Assembly: GCA_020137815.1 (NCBI GenBank) | Contig: CM035353.1 | Span: forward strand, 1,178,001 to 1,242,000 | Length of the DNA stretch: 64,000 nucleotides | Source: Hormiphora californensis | Taxonomy: Eukaryota; Animalia; Ctenophora | Direction of reading: 5' to 3' | Shown here: positions 52,307 through 64,000 of the stretch, in pieces | Layout: every line of letters begins with the position of its first letter | Numbering within the stretch: the stretch's first letter is position 1 | Position numbers and translations under genes: made by a program | Notes under the pieces: model-generated | Seen by the model: only the letters and a program-made list of their open reading frames with translations | The model's database searches: none | What the model was told of the DNA's origin: nothing

Positions 52307-54242
52307 TTATCTGGTCCCCCGCTTGCACTTTAAAGTCTTTTTATGTGCCCAGCGGTTTTTGGCCTGGATAACCGCATTGCACGCATTACATTTTATCTGA
52401 AATGTAGGTCATGTTTAGGTATAATTAAGCTGCATCACCCTCAAGAAAAGGAAAAAGGTTCGGCTTGTTAGCTGTCTGGAGGTATTGAATAATTGTCTTA
52501 CCCATTTCTTTTTCCTAGCGGGTGGTGCCGGAGTTGCTGCTGAAGTTGGCGCGGGGACTACTGGTACAGTGGGGGATGGTACAGTGGGGGATAGTGGAGT
52601 GGGGGATAGTGGAGAGGGGGATAGTGGAGTGGGGGATAGTGGAGTGGGGGATAGTGGAGTGGGGGATAGTGGAGTGGGGGATAGTGGAATGGGGGATGGT
52701 ACAGTGGGGGATGGTACAGTGGGGGATAGTGGAGTGGGGGATAGTGGAGTGGGGGATAGTGGAGTGGGGGATGGTACAGTGCGGGATAGTGGAGTGGGGG
52801 ATAGTGGACGGGGGGATAGTGGAGTGGGGGATAGTGGAGTGGGGGATAGTGGAGTGGGGGATAGTGGAGTGGGGGATAGTGGAGTGGGGGATAGTGGAGT
52901 GGGGGATAGTGGAGTGGGGGATAGTGGAGTGGGGGATAGTTGAGTGGGGGATAGTGGAGTGGGGGATAGTGGAGTGGGGGATGGTACAGTGCGGGATAGT
53001 GGAGTGGGGGATGGTACAGTGGGGGATAGTAGAGTGGGGGATAGTGGACGGGGGGATACCGGTGTAGTAACATCCTCCGTGTTTATGTTTGTCAGTGGGC
53101 AGTTATCTTCATTATACTGCAGTACTGCTGCTACGGGTTGGCGCTGAAAGTGGAGGAGGTGTGTTGGATATTGAGGTGGATGAAGGATGATGAGACGTGA
53201 GTTAATTGAATTAGATATTTTGTAATATGAACTATAAATGGGTACTACTATTGGCGCCAATTGAGCCAGGGAGTCCTCCGTTATAGTGATCCAATAGGGA
53301 GTAGCAACTAATTAACATACCTCACTAACCAGTGGTGGGGTGCTACTCGGGCAGGGTTCTGTAGATGATGGAGGAGTGGCCGCGGCTATGCGCTCCATAA
53401 AGGACCTGTGATATTAAACATGATTAAAACTTGTGACCGTGTATACACAGCATCAATGCGTTATTTAAGAAGCTCATTGAATTCTAAATATAACAGCCAA
53501 CCAATTGCAATTTATACTGGTAGTTGTACACTTCAGGTCTGGCGCACCAGTTGTCGCCTCGGCGCCATATATTGCATTGCGCAATATAGGGTCCCTAAGA
53601 CGTGGCTCCCTACTCAAGAATCTTGAATCAATTGAATCTATCCATTACCCACCATCTGGTTTACCTATGTCTGAGACGATTTATTTGATTTCTTTGGGCG
53701 ACTGTGATCTGGGACGATTTATCCTCATTATAATGTAGTGCTGCTACGGGTTGGCGCTGCAAGTGGAGGAGGTATGTTACTATGTTGGATGAGGTGGATG
53801 AGGGATGATGAGGCCAATGCTCGATCATTTGTCTCCAATACTATTACATCCCTGAGCAATTGAGTGTGTGAGTAATCCAGGGAGTCCGCCGCTAGTGAAG
53901 ACCCCTGGCCCTAATTAACATACCTCACTAACCAGTGGTGGGGTGCTACTCGGGCAGGGTTCTGTAGATGATGGAGGAGTGGCCGCGGCTATGCGCTCCA
54001 TAAAGGACCTGTGATATTAAACATGATTAAAACTTGTGACCGTGTATACACAGCATCAATGCGTTATTTAAGAAGCTCATTGAATTCTAAATATAACAGC
54101 CAACCAATTGCAATTTATACTTGAATGAGAAGGGTCTTTTTGGTTCCGGGACCTCACATCTAGGCATATACCCATCGGCAACCATTTGATTTGTGGTTGC
54201 CTGGCCATATTTGAGCCTCATCCTCATGAATCTTTGTGACAT
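52307..54242 (-). CDS. Putative accessory gene: (SPTPL)n tract + C-terminal zinc-finger-like motif
   Basis: Spliced exons from MSQRFMRMRL (ATG ~54242). The 15-bp repeat exon ~53145-52502 ends ARKKKW and splices to IKCNACNAVIQAKNRWAHKKTLKC. Internal exon 53290-53517 is duplicated at 53908-54119. Confidence 0.55.
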
Positions 54243-54405
54243 CTAAAATAAAGATTTAGTGTTCATGTTTGTGTACATGCGTATGTGTAAGTGATAACCA
54301 TTGTAAAGGGTGTCCCAACAGAGGGCACGATAGATCTTCTATAACCCAAACCCCCTGCGTATATGGGCGATTGATTAACACCAATTATCTATACATTGGG
54401 TCCGA

Positions 54406-54485
54406 CCCTAACCCTAACCCTAACCCTAAACTAACCCCAACCCCAACCCCAACCCCAACCCTAACCCCCACCCTAACCCTAACCA
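54406..54485. repeat. Interstitial (CCCTAA/CCCCAA)n telomere-like tract
   Basis: About 13 degenerate hexamers. Confidence 0.85.
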
Positions 54486-57372
54486 TGTACCTTGCAAAGT
54501 GAAAACTACTTTCTGAAACACCATGTATTAAAAAGTAGAAAACAGTGCGAGACAATTGGGGGTTCCGGATCAGTATAAGTCACGTGACAGCTGGATACTT
54601 AGGCGTGGATTTGTAAAGATAATAATCTAGTTAGTAGATGATAATTCTAGATTGCCTTCTCGTGCAGCTGGTACAATCCATGATCATGATGGTATTATAC
54701 AACCTAAAGTCTCCCATCACTCAACAATACAAATCATCAACATCATCAGTTTGGGTAGTAGGGTGGGTTGGACGTTGGTGGGTCCGATCTTTTGGGCTGT
54801 ATAACGATGATTTCTGTTTTGTCTTTATCAGTGTTTACGACCAGACACCACAGCCTACACCACTCATGGATGTATTGAATTATTCATAGATCTTTGACCT
54901 TCCTCTTGTGTTCCAGTGACCTGTACCGAGCCATCTTCTGCAAACTTGTAAGTTTCGGTATCTTACGTCGCTTGGTAGATTACGATTAACAGATCTGAGA
55001 TGTATATGATAAACAAAAGTGGTGACAGTACCGCCACCTGTGATAGACCAATCAATATTGCTCAAACGGCAGAACGATAGTTTTGTCACTGGAACGTCAG
55101 ACTGTTTAGTATCTACTTGGCATGTAACTCTGAATGCTAAGGTGGGGGAGCAGTACAAATCAAATTCAAATCAATGTCGTTTCTCAAAAATAACAAAATT
55201 TGTCATATCTCAGGTTCCTGATAAGATAAGACTTGAAATTTATTGGTTCGAAAGAACTTAGCATGATCTTCGTAACCTCCAAATTTCAAGTCTCTACCTC
55301 ATCAGGAACCGGAGTTATGGTCATTTTAAGAAATTTGAAAACTAACACAGTTATTTAAAATCCGACTATAACTATGTTAAATGATCTCACGGTTGATTGA
55401 TAAATCTCGCGAAATACGTTTTCAGGAAAAAAAAACCGCGAGCCGAAAAAAAAATGAAACTTTTTTTGAAAATGAAATTTTCACTTCACGATTAAAAGGG
55501 TGAAATACCCAAGCGCGCCGCGCGATTTCTTTGCGCGTGCGAGTGGCCGCGCGAATGCCTGTTTTCTCCAGGTATTTAGCTAGTTTTTTCTTGGATAATC
55601 ACCTTCATTCGCGTGACGAAAAGGCTGGAGAATGCAGGTTCCTCCGCGCGAAATTCCCATAGGGGTCAGTAAGAGCCAGCCGGATCTCTCTTTTTTCACA
55701 ACTCACCTCCACTCAGAGCCTCTCTAGACGAGACGGGGTCTCGTGTGGGGCTACTGTGGGGGGCTCCTATGGGAGGCTCCTATAATAGTGGGTGGATACT
55801 CGTCTAGAGCTTCATTTCTACTCTAACAGCCTGTTAGAGTTTGAACCATTACAGCCTACTATGGGAGGCTCGTGCGGGGCTCGTCTGGGAATGATTTGGG
55901 CCCTCCTGTGGGGCTCCTGTGGTGGCTTTTGCGCGAGATCGTTGTCACGTGTGGACGAAATATGAAACGGGGACGTTGTGGAAGCCTTACATTCACACTT
56001 CACCCCCTGTTAACACGACCCATTATTTACCCCGGTATAATATTTCGTTCGTACGTGGCGGCGATCGCGTGCGGTGGCTGCTGTGGGGGCCTCATACGAC
56101 GGTCCGGGTCGTCTCTGGACGGGCCTCGTGTGGGGCTCCTATGGGAGGCTCCTATAGTGGCCAGTTACTCGTTTAGAGTGGTCTTGCTACCTACTATGGG
56201 GGCCTCCTATGGGGGCCTACTGTAGGGGCCTCGTGCGGGATTTTGTCTCGTCTAGAAAGGCTCTCACTCTCCACTCACTCTCATCATCGATGCCAGACCC
56301 ATTCTCAAGTTCCTTCACACCATTGACTTTCACGCACTTGAATTTTTGTGACTCTATTACTGACTCGACTGCACTTTTTTCTTTTACACTTCTCCTACTT
56401 ATTTTTCCAATCTTGTTATTTTCTTTGGTTCTACCCCAATACACCCTACCTTCCCATCCTCTCCTACCCTACCTTACTCCCTCCCCCCCCCCCCCCCCTT
56501 AGGCATATATATATATACATCTCGATGTTACATTATAAGGTCTTTCTCCTGTCCTGTACTCGTATATCTGTTCTTGCATCCCAACTCACAAGGAAATAGA
56601 AGCCATGATAAGATCCATCGCATCCTGGCTGCTATCTCCACGCCCGCCACCTTTCCTACCACCCAGGTTATGGTTCCCACAGCCCAAAATCTCCTGGTGG
56701 TTCTGTAATGCAGTGTTAACTGGAATGACAGCCATATCCCTCTACCACGATCAGCCAAGCACACACAGCTTCCACCCATTTAATATATTCATGAAAACTA
56801 TATCCACTCCGTTCACTTCCCTTTCCCATATACCTTACCCTCCAACTGTTACAGGAACTATGTCTTGACTTAACTACAACGGACGATAATCCTTCATACA
56901 TCCACCCTCCATTATAGCCATTCTGATCTCCCCGACTGTCCTCGAGTCATCATGGGGACCTCTCAGATCAGAAATGTGCTCCTCAACCTCTCTCTTCTAT
57001 TCTTCCCGATTCCCACTTCTTCCAAAATCCCTCCACGTCGGAGACACTTCAAGATCCGGCACGATACCCAGGACAGCGATGTCCCCCGCATCAGACTCTG
57101 TGTTCGGTACCAACAAGGGTACCACTGGGTATCGTGTATGTCGGTTGGAGTAAGACTGAGTTACTGGGGTCTCCCCTATATTTTCCATCAAGGCTAGCAT
57201 GAAAATACTATCAGAGTAGACCAAGATGAGGGGGAGAACTCAGTATCCCAGGTTCCTAAGACGTCTTTAACAAACAAACAAACAAACAAACACACACACA
57301 CACCCTTGTTCTGCCCTACTGCAGTGATACTTCATTTAGTCTTTTAGGTACTTTCAATCCGTGCCTCCCTGA

Positions 57373-58607
57373 TCCCTACTATAATATAAGCAACCGTAGG
57401 GACTGTAAAAATAACTTTCTGCGCCGAGCACACGTGATATGTGTACGCGTACGATGTGTGTACGCAGGTCGCAGCCATCAATTAAAATTGTCACAAAAGA
57501 TATGTCTCTTTACTGTTGAAATTCAACAGTAAAGAGACATATCTTTTGTGACAATTTTAATTGATGGCTGCGACCTGCGTACACATATCGTGCGTAGCAC
57601 ATATCGTAACTTGAAATTGTTTTTAACTGTTTTCCTCACATGCTAGCATATAGTATTTATTTGAAAACAAGAATTATTGCATTATGTATTCATAATGCGA
57701 TGTTTCCCTGTCCCAGATGGGTGTAAAATCGATGACTAAGCTTCAAATTCAGATTTTCCGATGAATTTTGCACTCTAAGAGCAATTTTTGGCTGATACGA
57801 TGTTAGTTGCTATGGTAACCAGGGTGGTTGCTATGGTAACCAAGGCAGTTGCTATGATAACCAAGACAGTTGCTTAGGAGACCCTAGTTGGTGACCAAGC
57901 GCTTCACCTTTACCCCCAGGCCTCAGTAATCTTAACACCAGTCACTTGCAATTATTGTGTGATAGTAGTTTCATGCTTGGAAGACTTGCTACCACGTCAT
58001 GGTACGGCTGTAGGGTACCCAAAGTGATTTCAGGTGAAAATAGGAAGTGATACGAGTGAGTAATTGCGCGCCACAATATGTGTCAATCATTTCCTTTGTT
58101 GCATCAACAAAGTGTGAGTTGAAAGATTTATGAAGGAGCAGACTTTGTTGCTATGTGTAACGGTGGACGGACGGACGGACGGACGGACGGACATTTTAGT
58201 TAACTACACAATCTGCTGATTTCTAAACCCTGAATGATCTTTTTAGCACGTGCGTGCTAAAAACATCATCCCGGGTGATTGCCTTCGGCAATCACCCGGG
58301 CAGGGAAATAATTTGGAGATGTCGCGTGATGGTCGTTCGTTCAGCGGTATCTAAGCGACAGACTGCTCCTTCATAAAACACTCTATAGGCCCAAAGCTGT
58401 AAAGCTGTTGCTCACACTTTTGGAACTTCCAGTGGAAGTTTGCTGATATTTTCGAATGAATTTTAATATGCCAGTCCCCATAGTTACCGATCCAGTTGCC
58501 ATGGCAACCGTGTTATTGATGTTGAAAGTGGCGAAAGGAACCACCCGGCGAAGCCGGGTGGGTTATCAAAAAGCTCTTACTTGAAGCGCACCCAATGGGT
58601 GCGCTAG
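57373..58607 (+). mobile_element. Non-autonomous Helitron
   Basis: A|TC...CTAG|T ends; subterminal hairpins CCACCCGGC-GAA-GCCGGGTGG and GCGCACCC-AAT-GGGTGCGC; internal palindrome ~57445-57605. Confidence 0.65.
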
Positions 58608-59523
58608 TTTATTTGAAAATATATTTTCAAATATACACTATAGTGTTTTCAATGTGTTACTTATCACTATAAGAACGTACCACATGTTCATGCATGTACA
58701 CATGTACACTTGTACATACATGTGGTACAGCATAACATGCCAAACATTTAAACGTCTTAGTTACAAAATATGAATATCATAGGGGGAAAACAGTCGTGCC
58801 TGAATTGCTTAGGTCTTAGTGGAAAACAGTCGTGCCTGAATTGCTTAGGTCTCAGTGGAAAACAGTTGTGCCTGAATTGCTTAGGTTCGAGGCACGACTG
58901 TTTTCCCCCATACTGTATCGTTAAATTAACAACTTAATTTATAATTTATCTTATAAAAAAGAAGATTGCATGACGTAATGGAACTTGCTTGCCTGATAGC
59001 ATCTATCTATCGTGCTGATATAGCATGTTTCGGTGCAGCTCTTATAAGCGGTGGTGTCAATACACTTTTAGATCTCAGACCATGCAGACTTGTTGATGCT
59101 TGTTATTAAGATTATCAGTGGGAACTATCTCTAACAGTGGTCCCATTGTGTTCGCAAAAACCGCTAGTTGTGTGCTGTGAGCAACTTTGTGAGCATTTCC
59201 AAGAACTTTTCGTTCGGAGAAAACTAGTGTCAATTTTGTACGTCTTTGCAGCTGCGCCGGTGCTGCGGTGCTTTATGATCATCGATGAGCATAAAGCACC
59301 GCAGCTAGATCTAGAATCATGCATGAGTTCATTTCCTTGTCAGTTGTCAGCAGCTACCTAGAATGATCAGCGATCCCAATATCATAACCCCAATATCATA
59401 ACCATGTCCCCAATATCATAACCCCAATATCATAACCCCAATATCATGTCCCCATTCCCCAATATCATAACCATGTCCTAGGGGCCATGTTTTTCTGTCG
59501 AAGTAGTAAATCAGTTTCCACCA

Positions 59524-60347
59524 ATGGGGAGCTGCAGAGTGAGGACCAGCACTGCGGAGAGGAGTGGGTACCGGGGTCTGTAGCTTACACTTTCCACATC
59601 AGAACCGGATTTGTGTACCCACAACTAGGTGCAACAAGGTAGGGGACGAGATAATTGACACGCGTTTTAGGGGGTAATCGCGTTTTATAGGGGGTCTGAG
59701 GGGGCTTTAATTTTGCAATCAATTTGTTTGCTCCTTCATAAAATATAATGTTGCTCCTTTAGAAAGTGGGACGATGGGACGATGGTGCTGGTAGTTAACC
59801 CGGGGAGTAAAGACAGTGAGTCCCAGGAGCTGAGAGTTAACAGGACCTTTCATAGAGATACAGAGTGGGCCACTATTGCTGATTTCTGGCTACCAGAACA
59901 CATCGGTAAGCAGGAACCAATCAGAGCTCGTTATTTAGGTCACGTGACTGATTATCAGCCAATCAGGGACCAGTATTTCCTGATTTCTGGCTACCAGAAC
60001 GTATCGGTAAGTTGCTCGACCCTGTTTAGTGTTAACTGTTAAGAGTGCGTTCTACCACCGTAGAAACGATGGTCGGTAAGGAAGCAATCTAAAATTTGAG
60101 GCTATAGCTGGCACGGCTTTGATAATGATATTCCTAGTTATTCTAATTGCTGTCTATAAAATTTGTCCAATATAACCCATACTACTATTCTTATCATGCT
60201 ATCATCCCTTGGATTTTATCTCGAATCTATATTTATAGGTGAGCCAAAGTTGCTGAAGATTCGTTTGGAGTCTCACAGGTTCGAGGTCATTAAAGAGGAG
60301 CTCTATGTAAAAGAGATATCTGTGCGATACAACCGAAAATCATACAG
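59524..60347 (+). CDS. N-terminal PLAT/LH2 domain of a lipoxygenase-like protein (continues downstream)
   Basis: Exons 59524-59638, 59763-59905, 60239-60347 read YTFHIRTG...LPEHIGEPKLLKIRLE...EELYVKEISV. One missing base is needed near the start. No catalytic domain is seen. Confidence 0.6.
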
Positions 60348-61854
60348 GTATACTAATATATCATAGCACTATTATATAGGTATATTACACTATATATTAT
60401 TATTATATATTATTATTATTATTATAATAACTAGTAAGCCCGCTCGCCCTACGGGCGAATGTCGGGGATGGTCAATGGTCATACAGTAAACTAAGCAAAT
60501 AGTGTAGTATTATTTGAAATTTTTTCCCTGCCCGGGTGGATGCCTTCGGCATTCACCCGGATGCCTTTTTACTTTGTAAAAAGGCATAGCAGGGTTAGAA
60601 TTCGAAAACGACATTTTGGTATACTAACTAATCGGTAGAGGGACATTTTTTGGTCACACTTTCGTTGCGAGGGGCAACCGTGCGGCGCGCGCGATTTGAA
60701 GTTTGCGGAGTAGAATACCGTAACTGCGGCCCGACAAACTATTGAAAATTTATGAGGCGTGCGCGGCTATAAACTGTAACGCGCGGCAAAATTTGTTTTA
60801 TAGAGAATTAAACGAGAATTAAACGAGAATTAAACAAATAAAGATCAAAATGGCACGTATACTAAACAGCCGCGCAACGTGCAAGTGCTCGCTGAGGGCC
60901 ACTTGTATAGTCTATCTCGGTTTAGGGCACGTTTGTGGTCTCCCATTTGCGTGTCTTTTGACGTAACGCTCTGAAACTTAAAATATACTATGTAACTTAA
61001 TTTAGAAGATGACCCCATAAAAGCTAAATGATTGAGCGAAAATCACTCTGACAACTTCAACACCGTAGGTGCTATCAAGAAGATTTTATGGGGTCATCGA
61101 GAAATAGTAGTTTTAGAGATGTCTAAAGTTTCACCTCGATTCTCCTTAAAACCACTGAGTAATTGAATTGTCTTGGTACTTGTCGTGCAGCGAGTGCTGG
61201 CGCTGTTTACTAGTCGTTTTAGATACCCCTTTCTTATAATCGCGCGCGTGCGGCAAAGTCTCTTAGTCTCGCGAAAGCTGTCTTTGACTACGGGGTCGAA
61301 CAAGATCGAACAAGGCAAAGTGAATGAAGGTCATGAAATCAATTGTTTCACCAACTCTGTGAGAATGGATTACTGGATTGGGTTGTTTGGAACTTATTTG
61401 GTAAAATGCTGAAAAAGTGTGCTTTGTATAGGTTAAAGGCAGGGTTGAATACAGGGGTGAGGAGGGAGGGAGGAGGTTTGAACAAAACAAAGTCTCGCAA
61501 TGAATGTTGGCAAAAATCAAATATCGGACAATGCAGTTTTGTTCAAACAGGGTTGAACTTGTTTTGTTAAAACCCGGGCGCGGGAGGGAGGGTCGAACAA
61601 GGCAAGGTTTGAACAAAATAAGGCCAAGAGGGAGAGAGATAAACAACTAATTTTCACTGCCCACTTTACTTGCCTGGCTAGACTGTGTTTCGGGCGCACT
61701 ACCCCCGAAACACAAATGTAAAGAACATAACAACACTTTTCACGGCAAATCAATTCATTCTTTTACCTAACCTGGATCATGGATGTAATGTAACAAAACA
61801 ACAGCTGCAAGGGTTACATATCCATCTATCTTTCTCTTTCTCTTTCCTCTCTCA

Positions 61855-61941
<87 letters not shown>

Positions 61942-62242
61942 CTCCTCCTCTCTCTCTCTCTCTCTCTCTCTTATCTATCAGCTATCTTTCTTTTCTCTCT
62001 AATTCTGCCTCTCGCTTCCTAAACATACATTTCTTTATCTATCCCATGTCCCCATTTGGAAAGTCCCCATTCTGATTTTAACCTGATACTAAACCCTACT
62101 TTCCTGTCAGGTATTGTTACCTTGTTTTGTTCAAATAAGGCAAGTCTTAAAACATCTTGCCCGAATCCTGGATGAAAAGATGAGGATTAGAAGATGCACT
62201 CTTCGTTATGACATAACTTATGTTCAGTTCAACAAGTTAGAA

Positions 62243-63799
62243 AATAAATGAATAATAAAGTTTCCACTGGCCGTGTCACAATGTCACAAAAGACATTACA
62301 CAACCCTCTCCTGTCTCCTGACCGGGCCAAGGGAGGAGGGTGGGGGTGAGGGAGACTATGTGGGAGGTTGGGGTAAGGGGGTTATGAGGTTCGAGCGAGA
62401 TTAGGGAGATTAGTAAGTTGAGAACATGAATCATGCTGCCAGACCAATCCCAAGGAACCGAAACAAACCCCGCAACACCAACCTCCACACCTAACAGCAA
62501 CCTCCCCACCTAACTACTTACAGCACCTAAACCTAACAGCGCCTTGCCTTGTTCGACCCTTCCTAAAATTTGTTTTGTTCAAACCTTTTGGGGAGGGAGG
62601 GTCGAACAAGGTAACTTAAAATAAGATAAAATAAAAACGGTTTGAACAAAACAACCAGCACTCACACCTAACGGGGTGAGGGGGTAACACCCTTGTTCCA
62701 TGGGCAGAATTACGCCGCAGAATTACGCCTTGTGTATACGTTGGGCCTGATAATAAAAGGCGTAATTCAGCCTAAATCTTGCCGAATTCTGCCCATGGAA
62801 CAAGGGTGTAAGGAGGGGATAAGAGAATGTGTGGGTTAGGATGGAGTGAGAGATTAGGTGGGGGTTATGAATTATGATGTATTTGGGAGGTTAGGTAGGT
62901 CGTGATGACCAAATATGGGCATATCACGTGATGGAGAGAGGGAGAAAGTGTGTGTATGTCTGTGTCTGTGTCTATGTGTGTGCACTGCACACACATACAC
63001 ACATACACACATACACACGCACATACACTGCACAGTACTGCACACTGTGCAGTGTATGTGCGTGTGTGAGACACGGTTTCACACGTGTGTGTGTACTGTG
63101 TGTAAATTTAATGTGCTTGTATTCAATAGATCCCCCGAACCACCAAAAAGAGTTGACCATTCAACTCCGTGGGGGGGGGGGGAGGTGTTATAATTGGGTC
63201 TAATTGATCCTAACAGGGTATTTCAGTGAATCGGCTTGGACACATGCTAGAAACCTAAATTGGTTCTCAAAATGCTCGTATTATGGCCTGAGGGGTGTCT
63301 AGTTGGGTCTGGGGCATCTAGCTAGATCTACTAATATATCTAGTAGGGTCTGAGGGGTACCTAGTAGGCTCTGAGAGGTATCTAAGGTGGTCTAAGGGGT
63401 ATTTAGCAGGGTCTGAGGCATTTGTTGAGGTCTGAGTGGTATCTTGCAGTGTCTGAAGGATCTCAGTTGAAACACCTTGTGGGGAGGGAGGGTCGAAACA
63501 AGGCAAGACACCCTGTTAGTGTTAGGATCAATTAGGCCAAATGATACACCCCCCACGGAGTTGAGTGGTAAACTCTTTTTTGGTGGTTCGGGAAACATAT
63601 TGGGACATTTTAGTGAAGGAATTAGCTTTCCCATATAAATTTCAATACTTCATGCACGATTTCCTAATCTTCCCCACTCCCTCCTAACCTTCAACAAAAT
63701 CCCCATCGCCCCCAACCTCCCGGTCAGGAGAGGGTTGTGAGAAAATGCTGCTGATTTTTACCATCTCACGACCAGTGGAAACTTTATTATTCATTTATT
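62243..63799. mobile_element. TIR-bounded composite element
   Basis: AATAAATGAATAATAAAGTTTCCACTGG at 62243 and its reverse complement ending 63799; further inverted internal matches. Confidence 0.6.
62688..62808. mobile_element. 121-bp MITE with TAA target duplication (PIF/Harbinger-like)
   Basis: TIR CACCCTTGTTCCATGGGCAGAATT with TAA on both sides. Confidence 0.75.
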
Positions 63800-64000
63800 G
63801 GGGGGGGGGGGGGGGGGGGGGGGGGGACACGTAACATGTAACGTGCACAAAAAGATTTCTGCACATGTAAAAAAGTGTAATAAAGTGTTACAAAATGTTA
63901 TAAAGTGTTACAAATTGTTACAAAATGTTATAAAGTGTTACAAATTGTTACAAAGTGATGCAAATTGTTACAAAATGTCACAAATTGTCACAAAATGTAC

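Noticed and set aside
54406-54485. Chromosome end or fusion site
   Set aside because: Short, degenerate, single-orientation tract inside a probable transposon.
56530-57230. Possible degenerate coding or retroelement sequence
   Set aside because: Stops in all frames and no recognisable motif.

Overview
Eukaryotic (animal) genomic DNA: GT-AG introns, many MITEs, minisatellites and microsatellites. The repeated extracellular domain and MITE families look like a ctenophore, but that is my impression, not a database result. Most ORF-track entries are spurious, so I rebuilt genes by hand from splice sites and intron phase. Genes found: (1) the 3' end of an EF-hand gene (+), with a nested antisense secreted Cys-rich peptide gene; (2) a minus-strand exon chain ending in a WH2/DAD-like motif, whose intron hosts a secreted protein of three unrecognised ~140-aa modules plus a Sushi domain, with an intronic hammerhead ribozyme; (3) a ~1440-aa EVH1 + 2x Cordon-bleu-type ubiquitin-like + disordered protein; (4) a 21-exon SapA-Ig-follistatin/Kazal-Ig-VWD-C8 secreted protein; (5) a spliced CACTA/EnSpm-type transposase with two co-oriented accessory genes; (6) the start of a PLAT-domain gene. 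The most unusual non-coding structure is a multimer of identical 321-bp units, each carrying a tRNA-like Pol III cassette. It is inserted with a 12-bp target duplication and an internal inversion into a palindrome-built foldback element, itself inside a MITE. A recurring pattern is tandem repeats whose units straddle splice junctions. 31.8-33.9 kb and parts of 44.5-46.6 kb are degraded sequence, and small deletion errors occur in several exons.
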